Part shown: positions 1 through 15,049 of the stretch, piece by piece
Layout of the letters: each line of letters opens with the position of its first letter
Position numbering within the stretch: position 1 is the stretch's first letter
DNA from: Rubripirellula sp.
GTDB taxonomy: Bacteria; Planctomycetota; Planctomycetia; Pirellulales; Pirellulaceae
Reading direction: 5' to 3'
Assembly (NCBI GenBank): GCA_965216875.1
Contig: OZ244207.1
Coordinates: 6,560,001 to 6,624,000, forward strand
Length of the DNA: 64,000 bases
Notes under the pieces: generated by a model
What the model was told of the DNA's origin: nothing
Database searches by the model: none
Seen by the model: only the letters and a program-made list of their open reading frames with translations
Position numbers and translations under genes: made by a program

Positions 1-501
<501 letters not shown>

Positions 502-620
502 GTCGCCGACTCAAGATGCGAGCCGAAAAATCATCATTCGGCTCGCACCAAGCCTCGGCCATCCAAAGCCCGGGACGCGACTCGCCTCCCAAACCAACAT
601 CAACCAAATCACTTCATTTC

Positions 621-656
621 GAATGACCTCGACAAACGCCCTGGTCGTTCTTTTTT
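621..656 (+). terminator. Possible weak intrinsic terminator/attenuator between rpoB and rpoC
   Basis: GAATGACC (621-628) can pair with GGTCGTTC (643-650) with one G-U pair and a 14-nt loop, followed by TTTTTT (651-656). Confidence 0.35.
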
Positions 657-729
657 AACACGCCAAATAAAGTCTCAATCTCGGAATTGGTTCCTCAAAG
701 GGACCTGACCGCTTAGGAGCATTCATAAC

Positions 730-5160
<4,431 letters not shown>

Positions 5161-5190
5161 GTCGGAACACCGAACGGTTGATCAAAACAC

Positions 5191-5229
5191 AAAGCGTTAC
5201 CTCGTCCTTCGATGAGGTAACGCTTTTTT
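5191..5229 (+). terminator. Rho-independent terminator, probably bidirectional
   Basis: AAAGCGTTACCTC ... GAGGTAACGCTTT perfect 13-bp stem running into a T tract, between convergent rpoC and ATPase genes. Confidence 0.9.
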
Positions 5230-5269
5230 GTTGTTGCGGTGCGTGCGAGCACGCACCCTACGTTGACTC

Positions 5270-6538
5270 TCAGCCTTTGTCTCGCGTCATTGCGGCGAGG
5301 GCGGCGATGGTTGGGTCGGTGACCGCTCGGCTCGCTTCGTAGGCGGTGGTTTCGCCGCGGTAGACTCGAAGGGCGGCTGCTTCATTCAGTGTCAGCATGC
5401 CATGCTCCACCGCGATGTCTTGGATCTCGCCGGCCGATGCGTGACTCGCGATCGCAATGCTTAGCTCGCGATTCATGGTCATGATCTCAGGCAGACACGT
5501 CAGTGTTGTGAACCCGTCGGAGAAGCAGGTTTCGCACGCGTCGCTTTGGCAAAGCTGAGGCTTCTTGTCCCCCAATCGTTCCTTGATGCGATCGCTTACC
5601 GAAAGCTCTTCGCCAGTATCGATTGGCTTGTGGCATTCGGTGCAGAGATGGCGAATCAAACGTTGGTTGATCACGCCGATCAGCGAGCTAGCCAGGAACT
5701 TGGGATTCGTTCCGTACTGCATCATCGAATCGACTGCCTCGGCAGCCGTCTTTGCGTGCAAGGTCGCGAGCACAAGTTGGCCGCTCGCTCCCGCACGAAC
5801 TGCCGTGGACGCGGTGCGAGCATCGCGAATTTCGCCGATCATGATCACGTCGGGGCTGTGCCGCAGGACGGCCGCCAGCAGGTCGGCAAAGTCGAGGCCT
5901 GCGCGCAGATTGACTTGGGATTGCATGATGCCCGAAAGCGAATGCTCGATGGGGTCCTCAAGCGTGTGGATCTTGCGGGTCCCGTCATTGAGGTGATCGA
6001 TCGCGGCGTAGAGCGTGCTTGATTTACCACTGGCGACCGGTCCGGCGACCAGGATCAAACCGCTCGGCTGATCAAGCAGTTCCATCACCTGGGCGTATTC
6101 GCTTTCGTCCAATCCAAGGTGTGATAGCGAACGGGCACCACGCACCGGGTCAAACAAGCGGATCGCGACGTCTTGCCCATAAAGTGTCGGCATGCAACTC
6201 AGTCTCAGGTCGACAGTGCCTCCGTTAGGCGTCACGACAACACCGCGACCATCTGTAGGCCGAATCGTTTCGCCTGCGTCCGCGCCAGCAAGCACCTTTA
6301 GGTGTCCCTGCAGCTTATGACCGTAGTCGCGTGCGAGACGGCGAACGATTTCGATTTTGCCCAGGCGGCGAACGGAAACAACGACACTTCGTTCGGTGTC
6401 CGACACGAACAGATCGCTTGAATGCCGGTCGACCGCCCATTCAATCAGGTTGGATGCATAAATCTCGGGTGGGGTCAGTTCGATTTCACCTTCAAGACTA
6501 TCCATCTCGGTGAAATCGATTGCTTCGTCTTTGGACAC
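5270..6538 (-). CDS. GspE/PulE/PilB-family secretion or pilus ATPase, lacking the long N-terminal domain
   Basis: Walker A GPVASGKSST, TLEDPIE Asp box, LRHSPDVIMIGEIRD Walker B, GQLVLATLH His box, CTEC...CETC Zn site. GTG at 6538 chosen as start; ATG at 6505 is an alternative. Confidence 0.9.
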   Translation of the reverse strand: MSKDEAIDFTEMDSLEGEIELTPPEIYASNLIEWAVDRHSSDLFVSDTERSVVVSVRRLGKIEIVRRLARDYGHKLQGHLKVLAGADAGETIRPTDGRGVVVTPNGGTVDLRLSCMPTLYGQDVAIRLFDPVRGARSLSHLGLDESEYAQVMELLDQPSGLILVAGPVASGKSSTLYAAIDHLNDGTRKIHTLEDPIEHSLSGIMQSQVNLRAGLDFADLLAAVLRHSPDVIMIGEIRDARTASTAVRAGASGQLVLATLHAKTAAEAVDSMMQYGTNPKFLASSLIGVINQRLIRHLCTECHKPIDTGEELSVSDRIKERLGDKKPQLCQSDACETCFSDGFTTLTCLPEIMTMNRELSIAIASHASAGEIQDIAVEHGMLTLNEAAALRVYRGETTAYEASRAVTDPTIAALAAMTRDKG

Positions 6539-6846
6539 GGATAAGAGGTCCCCGGCAAAAAGTGGACAAGAATGGCGCGATGAATGTGGGATACAAAAAT
6601 GAGATCGCAGCAAGACTATGGACGATCGGCGCCCAGAATGCAAAGAAAACCCCGTTCCTGCGATCAATCGAATGTCTCAAAACGAAGCGCGGGCAGGGAG
6701 TCATCGGTCCCCCTTTGGGCGGAGTGTGGAGGCGCAGAATTGAATGCCCGATTGACGAATCGGCTTGATGTGGGCCAATCTTGGCCATGATCTTTGCGCA
6801 AACGCGCGAAGATGAAGATGAACCACTTCACATTTGTCCACAGCGC

Positions 6847-8301
6847 ATGCTCAGTTCCGACAACAAACTGATACGAACTTGCTCGGCCGACCCCGCCGGT
6901 CTGTTGAAGGAATTTTTTGGCTACGACTCGTTTCGCAAGTCGCAGGCCGATGTGATCGAGCATGTCATGGCGGGGAATCACGCGATGGTCGTGATGCCAA
7001 CGGGGATGGGCAAATCGATCTGTTACCAAATCCCCGCGCTGACTTGCGCTGGCGATGAATTGGTTCTCGTCCTTTCGCCACTCATCGCCTTGATGCAGGA
7101 CCAAGTCGACTCATTAACGCGTCGCGGGATCGATGCAACGTTCATCAATTCATCGCTTGGCCGCCAGCAGCGCGAGCAGCGCTACGCAGGGATCGCAGAA
7201 GGTAAATACAAGCTCGTCTATGTCACCCCCGAGCGTTTTCGCAAACCGGAATTCCTCGAAGTCCTCGCGCAACGCAAGATCTGGTTGTTGGCCGTGGATG
7301 AAGCGCACTGCGTGAGTCAGTGGGGTCACGACTTTAGGCCGGACTATTCGCGGCTTAAAGAAATCCGCGAGCGATTGGGTAATCCGACCACGATCGCGTT
7401 GACCGCAACCGCCACAGCCGAGTGCCGTGAAGACATCTATCATCAGATGGGAATCGCCCGAGATGAGATCAAGCTGTTTCATGAAGGGATCGATCGTCCC
7501 AACTTGTCGCTCGAAGTGACCGATGTGTGGGACGATGACAGCAAGCTCGAGGCGATCTGCAAATCGCTGGACGACGAGGCCTATAAAGAAGGTAGCGTGA
7601 TCGTCTATTTCTCGTTGATCAAGACCCTGCAGCGATTCAGTGATTTGTTGTTGGCCAAAAACTACGATCACGTCTGCTACCACGGCGATCTGCCCCGCAA
7701 TCACAGGCGTCAGATCCAGGACGAGTTCATGAACGGTAATGCCGATGTGGTGCTTGCGACCAACGCGTTTGGCATGGGGGTCGACAAGCAAGACATCCGC
7801 ATCGTGATTCATGCCGAGACGCCAGGTTCGATCGAATCGTACTACCAGGAAATCGGTCGCGCCGGCCGCGATGATCTGCCTAGTCTGTGCCAGTGGTTGT
7901 ACGACCAAAACGACCTGATGACGCAGATGCAGTTCATCGAGTGGTCCAACCCCGAGGCCGATTTCTACTCGCGTCTTTGGACTCGGTTGACCGAAGACAA
8001 CGAGAAATGCCGAGCGTTTGGTTTGGATTGGCTCAACGAGCGGCTGCAGAAAGTCAGCAAGCACGACCATCGATTGTCGACCTCGATCGCGATGCTCGAC
8101 CGCCAGGGTGTGGTCGCGGGACCTCGGCCGCCGGAGTGTTTCGAGGTGATCGGTGAGCTGCCCCCCGAATTCCTGGACGACGAATACCTTGCTGAAAAGA
8201 AACGCCGAGACCAACAGCGGCTCTACGCGATGGTCCAGTTGGCTGGCGAAATGGGAGATCGGAAAGAGTTTCTGAACCGATACTTCCTCGGAGAGGGCTG
8301 A
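6847..8301 (+). CDS. RecQ-family ATP-dependent DNA helicase, short form
   Basis: [60 protein letters not shown] motifs; no HRDC domain. Start uncertain (6781-6847). Confidence 0.93.
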   Translation: MLSSDNKLIRTCSADPAGLLKEFFGYDSFRKSQADVIEHVMAGNHAMVVMPTGMGKSICYQIPALTCAGDELVLVLSPLIALMQDQVDSLTRRGIDATFINSSLGRQQREQRYAGIAEGKYKLVYVTPERFRKPEFLEVLAQRKIWLLAVDEAHCVSQWGHDFRPDYSRLKEIRERLGNPTTIALTATATAECREDIYHQMGIARDEIKLFHEGIDRPNLSLEVTDVWDDDSKLEAICKSLDDEAYKEGSVIVYFSLIKTLQRFSDLLLAKNYDHVCYHGDLPRNHRRQIQDEFMNGNADVVLATNAFGMGVDKQDIRIVIHAETPGSIESYYQEIGRAGRDDLPSLCQWLYDQNDLMTQMQFIEWSNPEADFYSRLWTRLTEDNEKCRAFGLDWLNERLQKVSKHDHRLSTSIAMLDRQGVVAGPRPPECFEVIGELPPEFLDDEYLAEKKRRDQQRLYAMVQLAGEMGDRKEFLNRYFLGEG

Positions 8302-8386
8302 AAAGGCCGCAAATGACTGCAAATCGGGGCGTTTCGGCCGTGAACAAGCCTACCCGTTATTGGGTCCTGATGGGTATCCTGTGGCG

Positions 8387-8554
8387 ATGCCATTTCACTC
8401 GAGCGAAACGATTTTCACGACCCAAACCTTGCTTTGGTTGGCAGCCAGCTTGGTCGCGGCGACTTTGTTGTTTGGATCGATCAACCGTCGACGTTCCAAG
8501 CTGACCGATGTGCTGCGTGATTTTGTCAACCGAAACAAGGATGGCAAGGATTAG
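8387..8554 (+). CDS. Small single-pass membrane protein
   Basis: Hydrophobic helix TLLWLAASLVAATLLFGSI followed by basic NRRRSK; fills the gap between recQ and miaB on the same strand. Confidence 0.6.
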   Translation: MPFHSSETIFTTQTLLWLAASLVAATLLFGSINRRRSKLTDVLRDFVNRNKDGKD

Positions 8555-8648
8555 GTGGCTCGAATCCAAGCCACCTGAACTTTTTGATTCAACCTACAAT
8601 CCGCTGTCTTCTCTGCCATAAGCCGGAATCGGACCACACCATACAACG

Positions 8649-10061
8649 ATGAGCAAACGCGTTTACATCAAAACCGTTGGCTGCCAAATGAATGTTTTGG
8701 ACAGCGAGATGGTCATCGCCGACCTCAAACGCCACGGTTATACCGTTGTCGAGACGCCGGCCGAGGCTGATTGCGTTCTTTACAACACTTGCAGTGTGCG
8801 CGAGAACGCCGAAGAAAAGATCTACAGCGCGCTCGGCACGGTGCGTCTTGAAAAGGAACGTCACCCCGAAAAGACCATCGGCGTGATGGGTTGCATGGCG
8901 CAAAAGGACCAGCAGCTGATCTTTGACCGCGCGCCTTATGTCGACATGGTGGTCGGTCCAGGTCAGCTTCACACCATTCCTGACTTGCTTGACAAAGTGC
9001 AGCGTGGTGAGGGACGCCAGATGGCCGTCTCCCTTTCACGCACCAGCGGAAAGCAATCGTTGATCGCTCGCAGCCACGAGACGTTTGATCCGCTGCGTGA
9101 CCCAACGATGCGACCGACTCCGTTCCAGGCTTACTTGCGCATCCAGATCGGTTGCGATAAGTTCTGTACCTACTGCGTTGTGCCCAACACGCGTGGTCCG
9201 GAACAGGGACGCCCTCCACAGCAGATCGTTTCCGAAGCCCGTACGCTTGCCGATCAAGGCTGTCGCGAAATCACACTGCTTGGCCAAACGGTCAACAGTT
9301 ACAAGTTCAAAGACGACGACCACACCACCGATCTCGCCGGATTGCTCGAGCAACTGCATGAGATTGACGGGATCGAGCGAATCAAATTTGTCACCAGTTA
9401 TCCCAAGGATATGACCGAGCGGTTGTTGGTGACGGTGCGAGACCTTCCGAAGTGTTCGCCCTATTTACACGTCCCCGCGCAAAGTGGGTCGGACGAAGTC
9501 CTTAAACGGATGAAACGTGGTTACACCGTCGCGCAGTACATGGAGATGTTCGAACGCATCGAGCGAGTGATGCCCGAGGCGGCAGTCAGCAGCGACTTTA
9601 TCGTTGGTTTCTGTGGCGAAACCGAAGACGATTTTCAAAAGACCGTCAAGTTGGTCGAACGTTGCCGATTCAAGAACAGCTTCATCTTCCAATACAGCGT
9701 TCGGGCAGGCACAAAAGCATCCGAGCGATTGGAAGACGACATTCCGCGCGAGGTCAAAGCGCGACGTAACAATGAGCTTCTTGAGATCCAGAATGCGATT
9801 TCGAAGGAAGATAACTCCAAACTGGTCGGCAGCGACGTCGGAGTGCTCGTTGAAGGACCAAGCAAGAAGGGGCAGAAGGCAGATGGTTCAAGCGAGATCG
9901 TGCAGATGACCGGACGCACCCACTGTGACCGGATTGTCGTCTTCGACGGAAATCGCCGCCAAGCTGGCCAACTGCTTACGATCCATGTTGACGATGCGAG
10001 TAGTCACACTTTGATCGGTCGCGTGAACACTGTGGAAGTTGTCACGATCGGAAATCTCTAG
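8649..10061 (+). CDS. miaB: tRNA-2-methylthio-N6-dimethylallyladenosine synthase
   Basis: N-terminal GCQMNVLDSE, NTCSVRENAE and GCMAQ motifs; radical SAM CDKFCTYC; C-terminal TRAM domain. Confidence 0.95.
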   Translation: MSKRVYIKTVGCQMNVLDSEMVIADLKRHGYTVVETPAEADCVLYNTCSVRENAEEKIYSALGTVRLEKERHPEKTIGVMGCMAQKDQQLIFDRAPYVDMVVGPGQLHTIPDLLDKVQRGEGRQMAVSLSRTSGKQSLIARSHETFDPLRDPTMRPTPFQAYLRIQIGCDKFCTYCVVPNTRGPEQGRPPQQIVSEARTLADQGCREITLLGQTVNSYKFKDDDHTTDLAGLLEQLHEIDGIERIKFVTSYPKDMTERLLVTVRDLPKCSPYLHVPAQSGSDEVLKRMKRGYTVAQYMEMFERIERVMPEAAVSSDFIVGFCGETEDDFQKTVKLVERCRFKNSFIFQYSVRAGTKASERLEDDIPREVKARRNNELLEIQNAISKEDNSKLVGSDVGVLVEGPSKKGQKADGSSEIVQMTGRTHCDRIVVFDGNRRQAGQLLTIHVDDASSHTLIGRVNTVEVVTIGNL

Positions 10062-10224
10062 CAAACTCTCGGCCGAGTGAGTCCAGCGGGCGACTCCATC
10101 GGTTCAGCCTCGTCTGCTAATGCACCGCAACGAATTTGAACCGGCGTCGACGGAGCCGTGTACGCGCTCATCGATTCCTCAACTTTTTGATTCCCAACCA
10201 TTCGTTTGCCCGAGGCGGGCTGCC

Positions 10225-11463
10225 GTGACCAGCGAAATCATCTCTGAAACTTTGGATAACGGACTGACGGTATTGGTACAGCCGATGCCGTGGCAACGCA
10301 CCGCTGCGCTATCACTTTCGATACGAGCGGGTGTCCAGCTTGAAGAGGATAAACGTCGCGGGCTAAGTGGCTTGGTCTGTGAGATGGTTCAGCGCGGCGC
10401 CGGCCAATACAGCAGTCGCGATCTGGTCGCCGTTCAGGATAACTTGGGGATTGATCGCCACTCGGGCGTGTCGACAGCGATGGTTTCCTTTGGTGCGGCG
10501 ATGCCTGCGGAGTCGTTTTCACAAGCACTTGCGCTCTATGCGGAAATTGTTCGTCGGCCGCACCTGCCCGAAGATCAGCTCGACGACGCTCGCATGATGT
10601 CGATGCAGGAGCTGCGAGCGATCGAAGACGAACCGACGCATCGTGTCATGCGACGCCTTCGCGAAATGCAGTATGGTCAACGACTTGGCCGATCGATCTT
10701 CGGAACGACCGACGGATTGGCTCATATTGAACAACAAGATGTTCAGGGCTTTTTCGAGCGGAACTACAACGCGGGCGACGCGATCCTTGCCGTTGCTGGT
10801 AACGTGCAAGCTGCTGATGTGGTCAAGTTGGTGGAGGACGCGTTTGGGGATTGGCACAGCGGACCATCAGCACCGCCAGACGAACCCACCGGCGGGAAGG
10901 CTTATGAGCACATCACGGCGCCATCGAGTCAAACGCATATCGGGGTTTCTTTTGAATCGATTCCGTACGGCCATGAAGACTACTTTCGAATGCGCGCCGG
11001 AATTGGCATCCTTTCCGATGGGATGAGCAGCCGGTTGTTTGACCGCGTGCGAGAGAAGCAGGGTCTGTGTTACACCGTTAGCGCGAGTTGCCATTCACTC
11101 AAGAATGTCGGCGGCGTCTTCTGTTACGCAGGCACGACACCCGAACGAGCTCAACGCACTCTCGACACGACGCTTGGCGAAATCGAGCACTTGATGGATG
11201 ACATGACTGAAAGCGAGCTCGATCGCTGGAAGGTCCGCATCCAAAGCAGTTTGATCATGGAGCAAGAATCGAGCGCCTCGCGCGCGGCGTCACTTGCGTC
11301 CGACCACTATCAACTTGGTCGCACGATGCCAACCGAGGAACTCGAGTCGAAGATCGAGTCGCTAACGCTTGAGTGCATTCGTGACTATTGGTTGTCACAT
11401 CGCCCCTGTGATTACCGCGCCGTCACCTTGGGGCCCGATCCGCTAACCGTCCCGGGTCAATAG
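10225..11463 (+). CDS. M16 (pitrilysin/insulinase) peptidase-like subunit, non-catalytic
   Basis: ETLDNGLTV start and GMSSRLFDRVREKQGLCY; the HxxEH site reads GLVCEM (inactive). GTG start at 10225. Confidence 0.88.
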   Translation: MTSEIISETLDNGLTVLVQPMPWQRTAALSLSIRAGVQLEEDKRRGLSGLVCEMVQRGAGQYSSRDLVAVQDNLGIDRHSGVSTAMVSFGAAMPAESFSQALALYAEIVRRPHLPEDQLDDARMMSMQELRAIEDEPTHRVMRRLREMQYGQRLGRSIFGTTDGLAHIEQQDVQGFFERNYNAGDAILAVAGNVQAADVVKLVEDAFGDWHSGPSAPPDEPTGGKAYEHITAPSSQTHIGVSFESIPYGHEDYFRMRAGIGILSDGMSSRLFDRVREKQGLCYTVSASCHSLKNVGGVFCYAGTTPERAQRTLDTTLGEIEHLMDDMTESELDRWKVRIQSSLIMEQESSASRAASLASDHYQLGRTMPTEELESKIESLTLECIRDYWLSHRPCDYRAVTLGPDPLTVPGQ

Positions 11464-11517
11464 TCCGGAAGCGGAAGCGAAAAACGAACAAACCAACACT
11501 TCAACATACGTTTCATC

Positions 11518-12753
11518 ATGCCCGAATTTCGCGAGACCACCCTACCCAGCGGCCTGCGTGTTGTTGCCGAGATCGACAAGCGTGGGTATTCGGCAGCGTT
11601 TGGTTACTTTGTTCAGGCGGGCTCGCGAAATGAGGTCGACATCGAGTCGGGGCTGAGCCACTTCCTCGAACACATGATGTTCAAAGGAACCGCGCGTCGA
11701 TCGGCCGAGGACGTCAACCGTGAACTCGACGAACTTGGCGGTCAAAGCAACGCTTACACGACTGAGGAACAAACTGTCTATTACGCAACGGTGCTGCCAA
11801 AGTTCCAGGATCGGATCATCGATCTGTTGACGGACATGCTAAGCCCGTCCCTCGAAGATCACGAGTTTGACACCGAACGAAACGTGATTCTTGAAGAGAT
11901 CGCAAAGTACGAAGATCAACCACCGTTCGGTGCATTCGAACGGGCGATGGAGATTCACTTTGGCCCGAGAGGAATCGGACGCCGCGTGCTGGGGACTTCG
12001 GAATCGATCGAGGTGATGACCGCCGACGCAATGCGCGACTACTTCAATCGTCGTTACCGTCCCGAGAACATTGTGCTGGCCGCCAGTGGCAATGTCGACT
12101 TTGACGGACTTTGCGAATCGGTCGAGCAGCAAACCAAGGCGTGGTCATCACGAACGGTTGCTACGCAACTCGATCAAGATGATGCATCGACGCTTCCCGA
12201 TGGCATTCAACTTGATCCAAAGCTGACCGTCGCCGAAGCGAACCAGGCCTACCAAGTCCGCATGCGACCAGGCCCAAGTTTGGCGAGTCACGACCGGTTC
12301 GCGGTTCGCATTCTCGCATCGATCCTTGGCGACGAGGGTGGCAGCCGTTTGTTTTGGGAACTGATTGACACCGGACGCGCCGAAGTCGCAACCGTTTGGC
12401 CGCAAGAGTTCACCGACACCGGGGCGTGGTTCAGCTACATGATTTGCTCGCCAGAAGACGTGGCCGAGAATCAAAGCGTTGTCGATGAAGTGATTCGAAC
12501 TGCAGCAAGTGATGGCATCCAAGCGGAAGAGCTCGAGCAGGCTGTCAACAAAGCGAGCGCGGCATGCATCATGCAATCGGAACGGCCAAGCAATCGGTTG
12601 TTTGGTTTGGGAAGTCGTTGGCTGACTTGCAACGAATACTTCAGCACCGATGACTTGCTTGATCGTTTCAAGAAGCTCGATGTTGACGAAGTGTCGACGG
12701 CTGCAAAGACCTATCTCGGCGCGACAACAACCGACGTGGTCGCCGCACCGTAA
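11518..12753 (+). CDS. M16 zinc peptidase, catalytic subunit
   Basis: GLSHFLEHMMFKGT (HxxEH), NAYT, ERNVILEEI; tandem with the inactive paralog as in heterodimeric M16B enzymes. Confidence 0.92.
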   Translation: MPEFRETTLPSGLRVVAEIDKRGYSAAFGYFVQAGSRNEVDIESGLSHFLEHMMFKGTARRSAEDVNRELDELGGQSNAYTTEEQTVYYATVLPKFQDRIIDLLTDMLSPSLEDHEFDTERNVILEEIAKYEDQPPFGAFERAMEIHFGPRGIGRRVLGTSESIEVMTADAMRDYFNRRYRPENIVLAASGNVDFDGLCESVEQQTKAWSSRTVATQLDQDDASTLPDGIQLDPKLTVAEANQAYQVRMRPGPSLASHDRFAVRILASILGDEGGSRLFWELIDTGRAEVATVWPQEFTDTGAWFSYMICSPEDVAENQSVVDEVIRTAASDGIQAEELEQAVNKASAACIMQSERPSNRLFGLGSRWLTCNEYFSTDDLLDRFKKLDVDEVSTAAKTYLGATTTDVVAAP

Positions 12754-13072
12754 TCGTGACGTCCGGGCTTTTGGCTTCCGCTGTAGGGTGTGTGCTTGCA
12801 CGCACCCGGCAAAACATCAATTCTCACCAACCCTTCAAGCAAAAAAAGAACGCAGACATCAATTGACGTCTGCGTCCGTAAAATAACCCGGGTTGAAAAT
12901 ATGATTCAGGAAGAAGGTGGAGATCGAAAAGATGAGATGGAGTGGGCACACCAGATGAGTGTTTCGACCCGCTTGGCAATCGCCACGGCGGATGGTGTTA
13001 GCGACAACCGTCGCTCTCCTGAATGCGTAAGAATATAGACAGGACCTACCGGTTGTAAAAGGGTGATTCAGC

Positions 13073-15049
13073 ATGACTTTTTCGCAGTCATCCATCCCAC
13101 CGTTACTTCAAATTGGCTCACGGATCGCCGTGTTGCCTGTCATACATGGCAGCGGCCAATTCGCGCTCACCGTGCGGCAATGGATGCTGGAGCACGATTT
13201 TGACTGCGTCGCCGTGCCATTACCTCCTTCGTTTCGTGAGCCGGTTGAGAGTGCGGTAATCGAACTGCCGCGGCCATCCATTGTGATTCAGCCGTCCTCG
13301 CCACGTTTTTCGTCGTTGAATGACGAATCGAGTTGGGGCAAGACGTGGACGGGAGATGACGCGGAAGAGGACGACGAGGCTGAAGTCGCCCCGGCCAGTT
13401 ACGTGCCGGTTGATCCCTGCCAACCTGTCATCATGTCGATACGCGCGGCGATGGGTGAGCATGTTCAACGTGAATACATCGACTTGGAAACGGATCCCTT
13501 TCTCCCCTACTCCGCCGTCATGCCAGACCCATTTGCGGTTCGGCACGTCACCCCCGATAAGTTCGCCGCCGCTGTCTTGCCCGGCATCACTCGGCCTCCC
13601 GACCAACAAACTCAATCGCGAATCCTACACATGGCTTGGCGATTGGCTGAGTTGGAAGATCGCTACCAGCGGATTCTGCTTGTCGCGAGCGTCCTGCATT
13701 GGCCATGGATCCGCGAAGCCTACACGACCCTGTTTGCGTCCAACACGGCGGAGGAAGAACCCGATAGCGAAGCATTGCAGCCGCCAGAGGATGATGAGGT
13801 TCAGCCAGCGACCAGGTATGCGGTCAATCCAAAAACGTTGATGTTCTTGTATGGCGAGTTGCCGTTCATCACGGCACTCTACGAACGGGCTCGATCTGAA
13901 CTTGAAGAGGACGCCGACATTCAAATCGACGGTGTGAAAGAGTTGTTGATTGCAGCTCGAACAGCCTATCGCGAAGAACTTGGCAATCGCGCACGGCGCA
14001 TCACGCCTCTGCTGTTGTCCAAGTGCCTGCAGTACATCCGTAACCTGTCGCTCATTCACCGACGGATGACCCCCGACTTGATCACGATCGTGGTTGCGTG
14101 CAAACAAATCTTGGGCGATCAATTCGCGTTGCACGTCGCCGAACTTGCGAACGAATATGCCTATGCTGACTCGCCTGAAGAGTCAGAGTCGTTGCAGTCG
14201 GTCAAGCTTGGAATTGATCAGGCGACGCTGCCAGACGGCGAAACAATCGAGCTGGTCAATCGTTTGCCCGGACCACCGATCACATGGCGAACCTGTGAAC
14301 TCAAACGTCGACCCGATCAATCCGAAAAGGAACGCTGGCAGTATCGCTGGAACCCGTACAGCCAATGTAGCTATCCGCCGGAAGACGATCGCATCGAAAA
14401 CTTTCGCACGCGCGTTTTTGATCGTGCGAAAGCAATCATCGGAAACGATCTTGCGAGGACCGAGAAGTTCACGACAAGCGTGAAGGATGGCATCGACATT
14501 CGAGACACCCTTCGTCATTGGTACGAGAAACAGATCTATGTCAAAGTCGTCCCGCCAAGTCGCGGGGCGCTCGATGCGTGCGTGATGCTTTTCGATTCGC
14601 CAGCCGATCCGCGCGACTACCCTTGGCGGACGACTTGGTTTGCCGAACACGAAAACGAGTCGACGCTTGCGTTTTACGCGACCAATTTTCAGGAAGAGAT
14701 GGTTGGGCCAGGGATCGGGTTGGGCGTCTACGGTGGAGCGATGTTCTTGTACCCGCCTGTGATGGTCCCCGATGTTTGGCGCGACGGACGCCTCGACTTT
14801 GCCGAGACCCTCGAAGAACGCCTGATTGCTGCGGCTTGCGTGCATTCACGAAGCCCACAAATCGCACTCTTGTCGAGCTTGCCGCCGGGCGCAGGGTGGC
14901 GACGGCTTGCGCGGCGCCACAAGAAACATTTGATTCACGTACCGCTCAGTTCGTTTAGCGACGAACAGGTGCAGCAACTGCGAATGGTGCACGTTCTAAA
15001 CGGCAGCGAAGTGCGCAGCTATGCCGAGGACTTCATTCGCCGCGTCTAG
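13073..15049 (+). CDS. Hypothetical protein (658 aa), function unknown
   Basis: Long ORF with globular composition; N-terminal LPVIHGS...DCVAVPLP segment and internal GIDIRDTLR; 17-bp convergent overlap with the next gene. Confidence 0.8.
   Translation: MTFSQSSIPPLLQIGSRIAVLPVIHGSGQFALTVRQWMLEHDFDCVAVPLPPSFREPVESAVIELPRPSIVIQPSSPRFSSLNDESSWGKTWTGDDAEEDDEAEVAPASYVPVDPCQPVIMSIRAAMGEHVQREYIDLETDPFLPYSAVMPDPFAVRHVTPDKFAAAVLPGITRPPDQQTQSRILHMAWRLAELEDRYQRILLVASVLHWPWIREAYTTLFASNTAEEEPDSEALQPPEDDEVQPATRYAVNPKTLMFLYGELPFITALYERARSELEEDADIQIDGVKELLIAARTAYREELGNRARRITPLLLSKCLQYIRNLSLIHRRMTPDLITIVVACKQILGDQFALHVAELANEYAYADSPEESESLQSVKLGIDQATLPDGETIELVNRLPGPPITWRTCELKRRPDQSEKERWQYRWNPYSQCSYPPEDDRIENFRTRVFDRAKAIIGNDLARTEKFTTSVKDGIDIRDTLRHWYEKQIYVKVVPPSRGALDACVMLFDSPADPRDYPWRTTWFAEHENESTLAFYATNFQEEMVGPGIGLGVYGGAMFLYPPVMVPDVWRDGRLDFAETLEERLIAAACVHSRSPQIALLSSLPPGAGWRRLARRHKKHLIHVPLSSFSDEQVQQLRMVHVLNGSEVRSYAEDFIRRV

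Noticed and set aside
7150..8322. 390-aa ORF antisense to recQ
   Set aside because: Almost fully overlaps a well-supported gene and has no protein-like motifs.
10225..11463. M16 protein lacking HxxEH as a pseudogene
   Set aside because: The ORF is intact, and inactive-plus-active tandem pairs are normal for M16B.
12864..12900. TTGACG and TAAAAT as a sigma-70 promoter
   Set aside because: The two boxes are only 10 nt apart.
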